From an uncultured bacterium (GTDB taxonomy: Bacteria; Actinomycetota; Actinomycetes; S36-B12): a stretch of DNA of 64,000 bases. The stretch lies in assembly GCA_963793105.1 (NCBI GenBank), contig CAWBZB010000003.1:453155-517154 (forward strand), written 5' to 3'. Shown here piece by piece: positions 32,057-44,046 of this stretch. The translations under genes and the position numbers were made by a program. Below the pieces are notes generated by a model. It made no database searches and was not told the origin of the DNA. It saw only the letters and a program-made list of their open reading frames with translations. The stretch's first letter is position 1. Every line of letters starts with the position of its first letter.

Positions 32057-32114
32057 GTGGTCGCTCGTGCACCGGCCCGGGGCTCTGCGGACGTGCAGGA
32101 GCGCCCACTCAACG
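32051..32114. repeat. REP-like hairpin, family 2, copy B
   Basis: CGTTGAGTGGTCGCTCGTGCAC-N20-GTGCAGGAGCGCCCACTCAACG; same 64-nt length as copy A. Confidence 0.8.
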
Positions 32115-32128
32115 AAGGGAGGGGAGGG

Positions 32129-33139
32129 TCAGGCGCGGAACAGCGCTGAATACGCGTTGATCGCTGGCTGGCCGCCGAGGTGCGCGTAGAGCACGGTCGA
32201 GTCCGGCCCGATCTCGCCGCTCGTGACCAGGTCGATCAGGCCCGCCATCGACTTGCCCTCGTAGACCGGGTCGATGATGACCCCCTCCAGGCTGCCGGTG
32301 AGTCGGATGGCGTCGAGCGTCGACTGCACGGGGATGCCGTAGTAGTCACCCGCCCACCCCTCGAGCACGGTGATCTCGTCATCGCGCAGGTCACGCCCGA
32401 GCCCGATCAGCTCCGCGGTGCTCCGCGCGATGCGCGCCACCTGCGCACGCGTCGGCTCGATCTTCGCGGATGCGTCGATGCCGATGACGCGTCGGGGCCG
32501 GTCCTGCCCCGCGAAGCCGGCGATCATGCCCGCGTGCGTGCTCCCCGTGACCGAGCACACGACGATCGTGTCGAAGAAGACGCCGAGCTCCGCCTCCTGC
32601 TGCTCGACCTCGTACGCCCAGTTCGCGAAGCCGAGGCCCCCGAGCGGATGGTCCGAGGCCCCGGCCGGGATCCCGTACGGCGTGCCTCCGCGCGCCCGTA
32701 CATCGTCCAGCGCCTGATTCCAGCTGTCCCGAAACCCGATGTCGAAGCCGGACGGGTCCAGGCGCACCTCCGCGCCCATGATCCGGGACAGCATGATGTT
32801 GCCGACCCGGTCATTGACCGAGTCGGGCCAGTCCACCCAGGCCTCCTGCACCAGGACGGCCTTCAGTCCGAGCTTGGCCGCCACCGCGGCTACCTGCCGG
32901 GTGTGGTTGCTCTGCACGCCGCCGATCGAGACCAGCGTGTCCGCGCCCTGGGCCAGCGCCTCCGGGACGATGTACTCCAGCTTGCGGGTCTTGTTGCCGC
33001 CGAAGGCCAGACCGCTGTTGCAGTCCTCTCGCTTCGCCCAGATCTGCGCGCCGCCGAGGTGGGCACTGAGCCGAGGCAGCGGATGCACCGGGCTCGGGCC
33101 GAACATCAGCGGATAGCGGGGGAAGTCCTCCAGCGCCAC
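32129..33139 (-). CDS. acdS: 1-aminocyclopropane-1-carboxylate deaminase
   Basis: [32 protein letters not shown]; YEGKSM and HLGG carry the Glu/Leu residues that distinguish AcdS from D-cysteine desulfhydrase; GAGGAGG RBS. Confidence 0.92.
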   Translation of the reverse strand: MALEDFPRYPLMFGPSPVHPLPRLSAHLGGAQIWAKREDCNSGLAFGGNKTRKLEYIVPEALAQGADTLVSIGGVQSNHTRQVAAVAAKLGLKAVLVQEAWVDWPDSVNDRVGNIMLSRIMGAEVRLDPSGFDIGFRDSWNQALDDVRARGGTPYGIPAGASDHPLGGLGFANWAYEVEQQEAELGVFFDTIVVCSVTGSTHAGMIAGFAGQDRPRRVIGIDASAKIEPTRAQVARIARSTAELIGLGRDLRDDEITVLEGWAGDYYGIPVQSTLDAIRLTGSLEGVIIDPVYEGKSMAGLIDLVTSGEIGPDSTVLYAHLGGQPAINAYSALFRA

Positions 33140-33206
33140 GGGTCCTCCTCGGATCGGGGTCGATGCGGACACTAGCGGCGCCTGAGGTTAGACTCCGCAG
33201 GGCCTT

Positions 33207-33283
<77 letters not shown>

Positions 33284-33286
33284 CGC

Positions 33287-33314
33287 GTGGGACCAGCCTT
33301 CTGGCTGGTCCCAC
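33287..33314 (+). terminator. Hairpin downstream of tRNA-Pro
   Basis: GTGGGACCAGCC-TTCT-GGCTGGTCCCAC perfect 12-bp stem; no U-tract. Confidence 0.6.
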
Positions 33315-33360
33315 GTCGCATGCCCGGCCCCGGCGAATCGCACCGGATAGCCTTCCTGCC

Positions 33361-34146
33361 ATGACCGTGCCCGACCGCCGTCCGAGTCGCAGCGAGCTTG
33401 GACCCGTCACCCGGGCCTACGTGAAGTCCATGGGCTGGCGGTCGGTGAACATGCACACGCACATCTCCCTGGTGAACCGGTACGTCTATATCGAGGTCCC
33501 CAAGGCGGGTTGCGGCACCATGAAGGCGACCCTCGGCGGGCTCGAGGCGGCCCGGATGAACCCCGGCATGGTCCAACGCGTCCAGGACAGCCCGCACGAC
33601 CGCTTTGCCGCCACCCCGTTCGTCAAGCCGTTCCAGCTGCCACCGGACCTGCTGGAGGAGGTGCTGACCGGATCCGCGTACCGCAGGTTCACGGTCGTTC
33701 GCGACCCGGCCTCGCGCCTGCTGTCCGGCTACATCGAGAAGATCGGCCAGGGCCTGAAGCAGTCCGGTCCGATCGTCGAGGCCATCCGGGCGACGACCGG
33801 TCACACGCTCGAGCCGGAGGACATCACGCTCGAGCAGTTCCTCGAGGTCATCGCTGGCCAGGAGTCCCGCGACCAGGATCCGCACTGGCGCCGGCAGGCC
33901 GACCACCTCGGGGTCGGCATCGTCGACTACGACGCGATCATCCATCTGGAGGAGCTGGACTCCTCATGGGACAGGATCGGCGAGCTGACATCCATCCCGG
34001 GCCTTCAGGAGCAGTTCTTCTGCCGGTACTCCACCGGTGCACGCAACCTCATGGGCGATTACTTCACTCCCCCGCTGCTGGCCCGCGTCGCGGAGGTCTA
34101 CGCCCGCGACTACCCGGCGCTGGGCTACCCCCTGCCTGGCGAGTGA
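33361..34146 (+). CDS. Sulfotransferase family 2 protein
   Basis: YIEVPKAGCGTMK (5'-PSB loop), VRDPASRLLSGY (3'-PB), HWRRQ. Confidence 0.8.
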   Translation: MTVPDRRPSRSELGPVTRAYVKSMGWRSVNMHTHISLVNRYVYIEVPKAGCGTMKATLGGLEAARMNPGMVQRVQDSPHDRFAATPFVKPFQLPPDLLEEVLTGSAYRRFTVVRDPASRLLSGYIEKIGQGLKQSGPIVEAIRATTGHTLEPEDITLEQFLEVIAGQESRDQDPHWRRQADHLGVGIVDYDAIIHLEELDSSWDRIGELTSIPGLQEQFFCRYSTGARNLMGDYFTPPLLARVAEVYARDYPALGYPLPGE

Positions 34147-34180
34147 GCCTTCGACCCCCGCTGTCGGCTACCGTCCGGGA

Positions 34181-34810
34181 ATGACCACCCCGCCCCGCTG
34201 GTTCACCGACACGGCCGACGACCACTCGCAGTGGTACGTCTCGCACTTTCGAAGGCTGGCGGAAGAAGGGGCGGACCTCAGCGGCGAGGCCCGCCTGATG
34301 GATGCGCTGGCGCCGCCGCACTCCCGCATCCTCGACGCCGGATGCGGACCCGGGCGCACGGGCGCCGCCCTCTACGAGCGCGGACACCACGTCGTGGGCG
34401 TTGACGTCGACCCCGAGCTCGTAGAGGCAGCGCGGGAGGACCACCCCGGCCCGCGCTGGATCGTGGCCGATCTCGCCGAGCTCGACCTTGCGGCGGTGGG
34501 GGAGCCCGAGCCCTTCGACGCCGCGATCATGGCGGGCAACGTCATCGCCTACGTCGCTCCCGCCACCGAGACCGAGGTGCTTCGGCGCATCCGCCGGCAT
34601 CTGCGACCAGACGGCATCCTGCTCGTCGGCTTCCACACCGAGCGATACGACCTGGCGGAGTTCGACCGGCACCTCGAGGACGCGGGCTTCACCCTCGAGC
34701 ACCGTTTCGCGACCTGGGACCTGCGCCCGTGGCGAGCCGACGCGGACTTCGCCGTCAGCGTGCTCCGGCGACCCGCCGGCGACTTCCAAGGAGGACCCGA
34801 TGGGCGATGA
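34181..34810 (+). CDS. Class I SAM-dependent methyltransferase
   Basis: ILDAGCGPGR, GVDVD, FATWDLRP. Confidence 0.88.
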   Translation: MTTPPRWFTDTADDHSQWYVSHFRRLAEEGADLSGEARLMDALAPPHSRILDAGCGPGRTGAALYERGHHVVGVDVDPELVEAAREDHPGPRWIVADLAELDLAAVGEPEPFDAAIMAGNVIAYVAPATETEVLRRIRRHLRPDGILLVGFHTERYDLAEFDRHLEDAGFTLEHRFATWDLRPWRADADFAVSVLRRPAGDFQGGPDGR

Positions 34811-35141
34811 CGTGAACCTGTCGATGACGGACCTCGCGGACGTCGCCGCACTGGTGGACGTGGCGGCTGACAGCACCGTGTCCCGCACCGTCCTGAAGGC
34901 CGAGGGCGCACGCGTCGTGCTGTTCTCCTTCGACGACGGCCAGGAGCTGACGGAGCACACGGCCGCGGTACCCGTGCTGCTGCAGGCGCTGGACGGCAGC
35001 TTCGAGATCACCGCCGCGGGGCGCACCGCCATCCTCGCGCCCGGGAACCTCATCCACCTCGGCAGCCGCACTCCGCACGCGGTGCTCGCGGTGGAGCCGG
35101 GGCGCCTGCTGCTCACCATGCTCGACCCACGCCAGGGCTGA
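34800..35141 (+). CDS. Cupin-domain protein
   Basis: VVLFSFDDGQELTEH, PHAVLA; GGAGG RBS. Confidence 0.85.
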   Translation: MGDDVNLSMTDLADVAALVDVAADSTVSRTVLKAEGARVVLFSFDDGQELTEHTAAVPVLLQALDGSFEITAAGRTAILAPGNLIHLGSRTPHAVLAVEPGRLLLTMLDPRQG

Positions 35142-35146
35142 GGCCC

Positions 35147-36259
35147 ATGGCCGCGCTCACCCCCGCGGTGGTCCGCGCAGCGAGGATGACGAGCCTGCTG
35201 CTCGCCGACCACCACGAACGCACGCCGCTCTCGGTGGCCGAGTGGTTCGGGGCGATGCAGGCGCAGGACATGGCCAGCGGACTGTGGTCGCTCGGTGTCC
35301 GTGTACCCCACTCCACCATCACGGACGTGGAGGGTGCCTTCGAGCGTGGCGAGCTGATTCGCACCTGGCCCATGCGACAGACCGTCCACATCGTCCCCGC
35401 CGTCGACGCCCGATGGATGCTCGAGCTCACCGGCACGCGCGGGCTGGATCGAACGAGGACCCGCCGTCAGCAATTGGGGCTGCTGCCGGCTGACCTCGAT
35501 CGACTCCTCACGACCCTGGAGGAGTTCCTCGAGAGCGGCCAGCCGCGTACGCGCCGCGACGTCCTGGACGCCTTGACGGCGCACGGCATCCCGACCGACG
35601 GGCAGCGTGGCTACCACCTCCTGCTGTACGCGTCGCTGAGCGGTCTCACGTGCATCGGCCCCCATCGGGACGGACAGCAGACGATCGCCCTGCTGTCCAA
35701 GTGGGCGCCGCAGCAGGTCGAGTTGACGCGGGACGAGGCCCTGGTGGAACTGGCTCAGCGCTACTTCCGCAGCCACGGTCCCACCACGGTCAGGGACTTC
35801 GCCGGTTGGAGCGGACTGACCCTGACGGACGCCCGCCGAGGCGTCGAGGGGAACGCGGGTCGACTCGCGCGGGTGGGCGATGGTGCCGACGCGGCCTGGC
35901 TCACGATCGAGCTGGCAGAAGCGATCGCAGACGGGCGTCTCGAGAGCCAGGGGACGCTGGCGCTTCCGGGATACGACGAGTACGTCCTGGGCTACAAGGA
36001 CCGCTCGCTGCATGGCGACGAGGCACTCCTCGATCGCGTGGTCCCCGGTGGCAACGGCGTGTTCCGCGCCACCATCGTGCAGCGCGGATCAGTGATCGCG
36101 ACGTGGACGCGCACGCTGGTGCGCGACCTCGTGAAGATCAACGTGGAACCCTTCGCGCCGCTCTCCGGGCGGGCACGAACGGGCACCGAGCGAGCACTCG
36201 CGTCGTATGCCGGCTTTCTTGGGCGCCAGCCGGTGATCACGTTCTCTGCGGTTGCCTAG
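35147..36259 (+). CDS. HTH_42 / AlkZ-like winged-helix DNA glycosylase family protein
   Basis: AMQAQD (QxQ), RTWPMRQTVH, YFRSHGPTTVRDFAGWSG, LPGYDEYVLGYKDR. Confidence 0.85.
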   Translation: MAALTPAVVRAARMTSLLLADHHERTPLSVAEWFGAMQAQDMASGLWSLGVRVPHSTITDVEGAFERGELIRTWPMRQTVHIVPAVDARWMLELTGTRGLDRTRTRRQQLGLLPADLDRLLTTLEEFLESGQPRTRRDVLDALTAHGIPTDGQRGYHLLLYASLSGLTCIGPHRDGQQTIALLSKWAPQQVELTRDEALVELAQRYFRSHGPTTVRDFAGWSGLTLTDARRGVEGNAGRLARVGDGADAAWLTIELAEAIADGRLESQGTLALPGYDEYVLGYKDRSLHGDEALLDRVVPGGNGVFRATIVQRGSVIATWTRTLVRDLVKINVEPFAPLSGRARTGTERALASYAGFLGRQPVITFSAVA

Positions 36260-36285
36260 CGTCGACCGGCAGCGCGACGTCGATG

Positions 36286-38612
<2,327 letters not shown>

Positions 38613-38680
38613 GGGGAGCGAGTCTACCGACCGCTCGTGCGCGCGCGTGCATGCGCGCGAGCCACTCGGCGCCGCGATGG

Positions 38681-39274
38681 CTAGACCCGTCGACGACCCT
38701 CGAAGGCGCGGCCGAGGGTGACCTCGTCGGCATACTCGAGGTCGCCTCCCACCGGCAGCCCGCTGGCCAGCCGTGACACGTCGATCCCCAGCGGGGCGAT
38801 CATGCGAGCGAGGTAGGTGGCCGTGGCCTCCCCCTCGAGGTTCGGGTCGGTCGCGAGGATCACCTCGGTGATGGCCCCGTCCGCCAGGCGCGCCAGCAGT
38901 TCGCGGATGCGGAGGTCGTCGGGGCCGATGCCGTCGATGGGGCTGATCGCCCCGCCGAGGACGTGGTAGCGCCCCCGGAACTCGCGGGTCTTCTCGATCG
39001 CGACGACGTCCTTGGGCTCCTCGACCACGCACAGCACCGTGAGGTCGCGCCGCGGGTCGCGGCAGATCCGGCACTCGTCCTCCTCGGCGACGTTGCCGCA
39101 GACCGCGCAGAAGCGGACCTTCTCCTTCACCTCGCGGAGCGTGGACGCCAGCCGCAGGACGTCGGCGGGCTCGGCCGCGAGGATGTGGAAGGCGATGCGC
39201 TGCGCGCTCTTCGGACCGACCCCCGGCAGGCGACCGAGCTCGTCGATCAGGTCCTGGACGATTCCCTCATACAT
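38681..39274 (-). CDS. recR: Recombination mediator RecR
   Basis: [12 protein letters not shown]4 zinc finger, TOPRIM NLEGEAT. Confidence 0.96.
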   Translation of the reverse strand: MYEGIVQDLIDELGRLPGVGPKSAQRIAFHILAAEPADVLRLASTLREVKEKVRFCAVCGNVAEEDECRICRDPRRDLTVLCVVEEPKDVVAIEKTREFRGRYHVLGGAISPIDGIGPDDLRIRELLARLADGAITEVILATDPNLEGEATATYLARMIAPLGIDVSRLASGLPVGGDLEYADEVTLGRAFEGRRRV

Positions 39275-39285
39275 GTCCTCGCCTC

Positions 39286-41130
39286 TCAGTGCTCGATCTC
39301 GCCGATGCGCGTGGCCCCGAGCTCGCGCAGGGCGAGATCGACGCCGACGGCACCGTCGGCGTTGTCATCGTCCATGCTCGGGGAGTCCGCCTCTGCCGTG
39401 GCGGGCGAATCGGCGGGCTCGGCGGCCGGTGCCGTGGGCAGGGGCGCGGATCCCGCAGGGACGACCCGGTCAGGTGCCAGCACGACGTCGATCTGGACGT
39501 CGGTCTTCATCACGTCGAGGATCGCCTGGCGCAGGCGCTCCTCGTGCCCGCTGGCCCGCACGTTGTTGACCTTGCCCGCGTCGCCGACCGCGACGGCCAG
39601 GACTCCGCTGCTCATCGAGATCGGAGTCGACTCGCTGAACAGCATCCAGCCGACGCGGGAATAGCTCTTCACGGCGTCGAGGACCGCGGGCCACATCGAC
39701 ACGAACTGGTCCAGTCCGACTCCCGGGGCGGCCACTGGGCCGGGCGGCGGGGCGGAGGACGCCTGCTCGTCGATGGGCTCCGCCGCGGCCGGCGGCGCGC
39801 TCGTCTTGGGGCGCGCCGGTGGTCGGGACCGCGGGGGCGCCGCCGGTTCCGTGGACGGGGCCACCTCGGACAGTCGCTTCGGAGGAGGAGGGGGCGGGGG
39901 CGCCGACGTGGACGGCGCGTCCGGGACGGAAGAGGCGGGCGGCGGGGCAGGCACCGCATGCACGGGAGCCGCGGCTATGCGCCTCTCCAGCTGGTCGAGT
40001 CGCGCCCGCGTCCCGGCCTCGTCGGCATCGGAGGCGGGCAGCAGCAGCCGCGCCGCCATGAGCTCCAGGTGCAGCCGGGGCGCCGTGGCGCCACGGAGCT
40101 CGCTCAGGGCGGCACTCGTGACGTCCCCGGCCCGGGTGAGCTCGGCCGGGCCGAATCTCTGGGCCTGCTCCACCTCACGGGCGATGCGGTCCTCGGGAGC
40201 CTCGATGAGGCCGAGCTCGGCGGCGTTGGGCACGTTGTGCAGGACGATCAGGTCGCGGACTCGCTCGAGGAGGTCGGTGACGAACCGACGGGGGTCGTGG
40301 CCGGCGTCGATGACCTGGTCAATGACCGTGAACAGCGCCGCCCCGTCATGGTCGGCGAGCGCGTCGATGGTGGCGTCGAGAAGGGTGGAGTCGGTCATGC
40401 CGAGCTGGGCCACCGCCTCCGCGTACGTCACCCCGTCGGGGCCGGAGCCGGAGATGACCTGACCGAGGACCGACAGGCTGTCGCGGACGCTGCCGGAGCC
40501 GGCGCGTGCCACGAGGGCGAGCGCAGTGGGCTCGGCGGCGACGCCCTCCGCCTCGCACACGTTGGCCAGGTGCTGCTGCAGGGTCTTGGCGGGCACGAGC
40601 CGGAAGGTGTAGTTGTGCGTCCGCGAGCGGATCGTGGGCAGCACCTTCTCCACCTCGGTGGTGGCGAAGATGAAGCGCACGTGCGGCGGCGGCTCCTCGA
40701 CGAGCTTGAGCAGGGCGTTGAAGCCCTGCGTGGTGACCATGTGGGCCTCGTCGATGATGTAGATCTTGTAGCGCGAGGACGCCGGAGCGAACATGGCGCG
40801 TTCGCGCAGCTCGCGCGTGTCGTCGACGCCGCCGTGACTGGCGGCATCGAGCTCGATCACGTCGAGGGATCCGGCACCGGTCGCCGACAGGTCCTGGCAG
40901 CTCTGGCACTCCCCGCACGGATCCGGGGTCGGGCCCTGCTCGCAGTTCAGCGAGCGGGCGAGGATCCGAGCGGTCGACGTCTTGCCGCAGCCACGCGGGC
41001 CGGAGAACAGGTAGGCGTGGTGGACCCGGTCGTTCTCCAGGGCTCGACGCAGCGGCCCGGTCACGTGGTCCTGTCCGACCACGTCGTCCAGGCGGGCCGG
41101 GCGGTAGGTGCGGTACAGGGCCATGGACAC
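39286..41130 (-). CDS. dnaX: DNA polymerase III gamma/tau
   Basis: [33 protein letters not shown]; Pro-rich linker. Confidence 0.96.
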   Translation of the reverse strand: MSMALYRTYRPARLDDVVGQDHVTGPLRRALENDRVHHAYLFSGPRGCGKTSTARILARSLNCEQGPTPDPCGECQSCQDLSATGAGSLDVIELDAASHGGVDDTRELRERAMFAPASSRYKIYIIDEAHMVTTQGFNALLKLVEEPPPHVRFIFATTEVEKVLPTIRSRTHNYTFRLVPAKTLQQHLANVCEAEGVAAEPTALALVARAGSGSVRDSLSVLGQVISGSGPDGVTYAEAVAQLGMTDSTLLDATIDALADHDGAALFTVIDQVIDAGHDPRRFVTDLLERVRDLIVLHNVPNAAELGLIEAPEDRIAREVEQAQRFGPAELTRAGDVTSAALSELRGATAPRLHLELMAARLLLPASDADEAGTRARLDQLERRIAAAPVHAVPAPPPASSVPDAPSTSAPPPPPPPKRLSEVAPSTEPAAPPRSRPPARPKTSAPPAAAEPIDEQASSAPPPGPVAAPGVGLDQFVSMWPAVLDAVKSYSRVGWMLFSESTPISMSSGVLAVAVGDAGKVNNVRASGHEERLRQAILDVMKTDVQIDVVLAPDRVVPAGSAPLPTAPAAEPADSPATAEADSPSMDDDNADGAVGVDLALRELGATRIGEIEH

Positions 41131-41194
41131 AGATGCACCCTAATGCCGGACCCGGACGTCGTCCCCGCCCACCGGTCGGGGACCGAGCTATGAA

Positions 41195-41286
41195 GGGACC
41201 CCCCGCACACCCGCCAGAGCGCGCTTATCCTTGCTGCCTTCCGGCCCTGGGGAGGTTCACGCGATGACGCCGCACGAGGGGTCGGC
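41195..41286 (-). ncRNA. ffs: Signal recognition particle RNA (4.5S)
   Basis: Minus strand has the CCAGGGCCGGAAGGCAGCA core and terminal GACCCCUCG/CGGGGGGUC pairing; upstream of dnaX; ends approximate. Confidence 0.88.
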
Positions 41287-41365
41287 ACAACTCTACGTGG
41301 TGGCCCGTCGACCGCGACAGAGGGCGGCGGCGCGCGACGCCCATCTGCCGTATAGCCTCCTCCAC

Positions 41366-41453
41366 GGAGGATTCGCATAGTGGCCTAGTGCGCACGCTTG
41401 GAAAGCGTGTTGGGGGCAACCCCTCACGGGTTCAAATCCCGTATCCTCCGCCA
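41366..41453 (+). tRNA. tRNA-Ser (GGA)
   Basis: GGAGGAT / ATCCTCC-G-CCA; anticodon arm CACGC-TTGGAAA-GCGTG; long variable arm. Confidence 0.96.
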
Positions 41454-41470
41454 GCCCGCGTCCTCGCGGG

Positions 41471-41504
41471 AGGACGGGACCCTGCCGAGGCGGGGTCCCG
41501 TCCT
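41471..41504 (+). terminator. Hairpin downstream of tRNA-Ser(GGA)
   Basis: AGGACGGGACCCTGCC...GGCGGGGTCCCGTCCT long stem. Confidence 0.55.
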
Positions 41505-41629
41505 CGTTCTCGCCACCACCACCCTCCCCAAGCCGCCCGCTCAGCAAACGAGCAGGCGCCGGGACTTCCGGCCCTTGATCTGAATGACCGGCCGACGTGC
41601 TCTGGAAGGGGGTGTGAAGGAGGTGGGTC

Positions 41630-42115
41630 ATGGCGACCAGCCATCAGGTAACACGAATCCCCGTGACCACCAGCCCCGCCACGGCGGCCGGGTTGCAGGT
41701 CACGCGATGGGTCATGATGATCCTCGGCGGTATCGCCGCGTTCATGGGCGGGTTCATCCTCGTCGGCGGCGACGACCAGTACGTGGGACTGGGCGGCGAG
41801 GTCTCCTGGCGGGTCGGAGACATCGACCCGGCATGGGGCTGGGGGCTGCTGATCGGCGGCCTGCTGCTGCTGGCCAGTGGGTTGGCGCTGCTGCTGCACC
41901 ATCGCAGGTCCGTCACCGCAGGTGAGGCGGTCGTCGGCACGGCCGGCGCCGACCTGCTCGCGCACGCGGCGATCTTCGTCGTCGTCAACGCCTTCCTGTG
42001 GACCCAGGATCTCGTCGCCACCGGGGCAGTGAACTACGTCCTGTGGGTCACCATCCCGTGGGCTATCGGCCTCGGGATCCACGCGTTCGCCTACGCCGTC
42101 GGCAGACGCGCCTGA
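41630..42115 (+). CDS. Small membrane protein with C-terminal 2TM-like domain
   Basis: Four hydrophobic segments; HAAIFVVVNAFLW...W...PWAIGLGIHA resembles the 2TM domain; AAGGAGG RBS. Confidence 0.7.
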   Translation: MATSHQVTRIPVTTSPATAAGLQVTRWVMMILGGIAAFMGGFILVGGDDQYVGLGGEVSWRVGDIDPAWGWGLLIGGLLLLASGLALLLHHRRSVTAGEAVVGTAGADLLAHAAIFVVVNAFLWTQDLVATGAVNYVLWVTIPWAIGLGIHAFAYAVGRRA

Positions 42116-42179
42116 TCGACGAGGAACCCAACGAGGGTGGCCCACGTGGCCACCCTCGCGCTCTTGTACCCTTCTCCGC

Positions 42180-42269
42180 GGTGGCGTGTCCGAGCGGCCA
42201 AAGGAGCGCGCCTCGAAAGCGCGTGTGGGGGCAACCTCACCGTGGGTTCAAATCCCACCGCCACCGCCA
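42180..42269 (+). tRNA. tRNA-Ser (CGA)
   Basis: GGTGGCG / CGCCACC-G-CCA; anticodon arm CGCGC-CTCGAAA-GCGCG; long variable arm. Confidence 0.96.
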
Positions 42270-42271
42270 GC

Positions 42272-42306
42272 GTTGAGGGAGTGCCCTGCAGGGGCGCTCC
42301 CTCAAC
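42272..42306 (+). terminator. Hairpin downstream of tRNA-Ser(CGA)
   Basis: GTTGAGGGAGTGCCC...GGGCGCTCCCTCAAC stem. Confidence 0.55.
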
Positions 42307-42456
42307 ACTTCTGGAGTCCACGGGATTGGGCGGCCGAGGCCGGGGAACCGTTCACGTGGCGACGAACTCGACCGGCTCCCAGGTGAGGGCGCTGCGTGCC
42401 TCGGCTGGCCCGACGACGTGAGTCAGGTGGAGGATCGGTCGAAGGAGGTGACGACC

Positions 42457-43122
42457 ATGCCCGACGCATACGCACTCCAGGCGCGCTTCTACGACCGTGT
42501 CGTCGAACCGCTCAACTCACCACTTCGAGCGACGGCCCGCCGGGTGTGCCCACCCCGGCCGGAGTGGACGGTGCTCGATGTGGGTTGCGGCACCGGAGCC
42601 GCCCTGGCCGAGTACGCGGAGGCGGGCTGTCGCGTGATCGGGGTGGATCCATCGCCCGCCATGATCGCGCAGGCCCGCATCCGGCTGGGCGACGCGGCAG
42701 ACCTGCGCCTCCTCGTCGGACCGCGCCTCCCGGTCGAAGACTCGTCGATCGACCTCGTCCTCATCTCACTCGTGCTCCATTCGATCCCGCGCGCCGAGGC
42801 GGTCCGCGTCCTGCGGGAGGCGGCCCGCGTTCTGGTCCCCGACGGACGGATCGTCGTGGTCGACTTCGGGACCTCGGGACTGCGGTTTCCTCGGGGTTGG
42901 ATCGGGCGTGCCGTCACGGTGGTCGCCGAGCTGGCAGCGGGGCCGCGACACGCCGCTCACTCGTTCGACTACCTCAGGCACGGCGGCCTGCCCTCGCTGG
43001 TGGCCGCGGCCGGGCTCGAGGCTGGCGTCACCCGGCCGACGGCGGGCGGCGCCGTGACGATCGCCGTGCTCACCCCACCCGCGACGCCTTCCCGTGGCGT
43101 GGACCCGGGCCACCGCGGCTGA
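42457..43122 (+). CDS. Class I SAM-dependent methyltransferase (UbiE-like)
   Basis: VLDVGCGTG, GVDPSPAM, EAARVLVPDGRIVVVDF; AAGGAGG RBS. Confidence 0.85.
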   Translation: MPDAYALQARFYDRVVEPLNSPLRATARRVCPPRPEWTVLDVGCGTGAALAEYAEAGCRVIGVDPSPAMIAQARIRLGDAADLRLLVGPRLPVEDSSIDLVLISLVLHSIPRAEAVRVLREAARVLVPDGRIVVVDFGTSGLRFPRGWIGRAVTVVAELAAGPRHAAHSFDYLRHGGLPSLVAAAGLEAGVTRPTAGGAVTIAVLTPPATPSRGVDPGHRG

Positions 43123-43486
43123 CCGTTGCATCACCGCCTGCACGGGCGGAGAATTGAGCCACCAGAAGCGGGGCCAGTGCGAAGGGACACGCCATGGCCG
43201 ACTCGCAGTCACAGTCCGACGACCGGCGTCAGCCCACCACGTGGGCGAACGGCCTGTGGGCCGGGGATCGACGACATGGCGAACGGCGAAGGCGACTGCA
43301 CGGCACGGCGGACGACCGAGTGCCGACGTCGCGATCAGGGGCATCCGGCCGCGGCGCGGTCCGCCGGGGCGATCGTGACAGTGCCGGAGACCACCGCAGG
43401 CCCTAGCCGACCGGGCTGCTCTCGATCCACGTCACCCGTGTCGGCGGAGGACACTGGAGGCAGTGCCGCATGCAGAGGGAGTTGCC

Positions 43487-43933
43487 ATGAATAGCAGCCC
43501 ACAGACCCCGTTCATCGTCGTCGGGGCGGACGGTTCGGAAGCGAGCATCAAGGCGGTTCGGTGGAGCCTGGAGCAGGCTCGGCGCGTCGGCGCCAGACTC
43601 GTCGTGGTCACCGCGTTCGACATCCCCTGGACCATCATGGTCACGCCGGCCTACACGGACGACGACTACGCGCGTGATGCCCAGGAGATGCTCGACCGGA
43701 CGATCGCCGAGGCGGTCGGCGGCGACCCGGGAGTCCAGGTGACGACTGAACTGCTGCAGATGCGTCCGGCTCTGGCCCTCACCCTGGCGGCACGCGGAGC
43801 GGAGCTCCTCGTCGTCGGCGGCAGGGGGCAGGGAGAACTGCCCGGCATCCACCTCGGGTCGGTGGCGACCTACTGCGTGCACCACGCGCCCTGCCCCGTG
43901 GTCGTGTACCGGGACCCGGAGCCGGCCGAGTAG
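43487..43933 (+). CDS. Universal stress protein
   Basis: IVVGADGSEAS, LLVVGGRG, LGSVATYCVHHAPCPVVV. Confidence 0.92.
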   Translation: MNSSPQTPFIVVGADGSEASIKAVRWSLEQARRVGARLVVVTAFDIPWTIMVTPAYTDDDYARDAQEMLDRTIAEAVGGDPGVQVTTELLQMRPALALTLAARGAELLVVGGRGQGELPGIHLGSVATYCVHHAPCPVVVYRDPEPAE

Positions 43934-44046
43934 CCAGGGGCCGGATTCGGGGCGGGACGGATCCGGAAGCGCGGAGCGCCTCGTCCTCATGAGGAGCGGC
44001 ACTCGCTGGTTTGGCGCCACCCTCCTGCCACGCAAGGATGGCTGCC

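Noticed and set aside
43123-43486. Short ORFs between the methyltransferase and the USP gene
   Set aside because: No recognisable domain or convincing start signal; left as unexplained intergenic DNA.
42270-44000. Integrative element at tRNA-Ser(CGA)
   Set aside because: No integrase, and no duplicated tRNA 3' end seen by eye.
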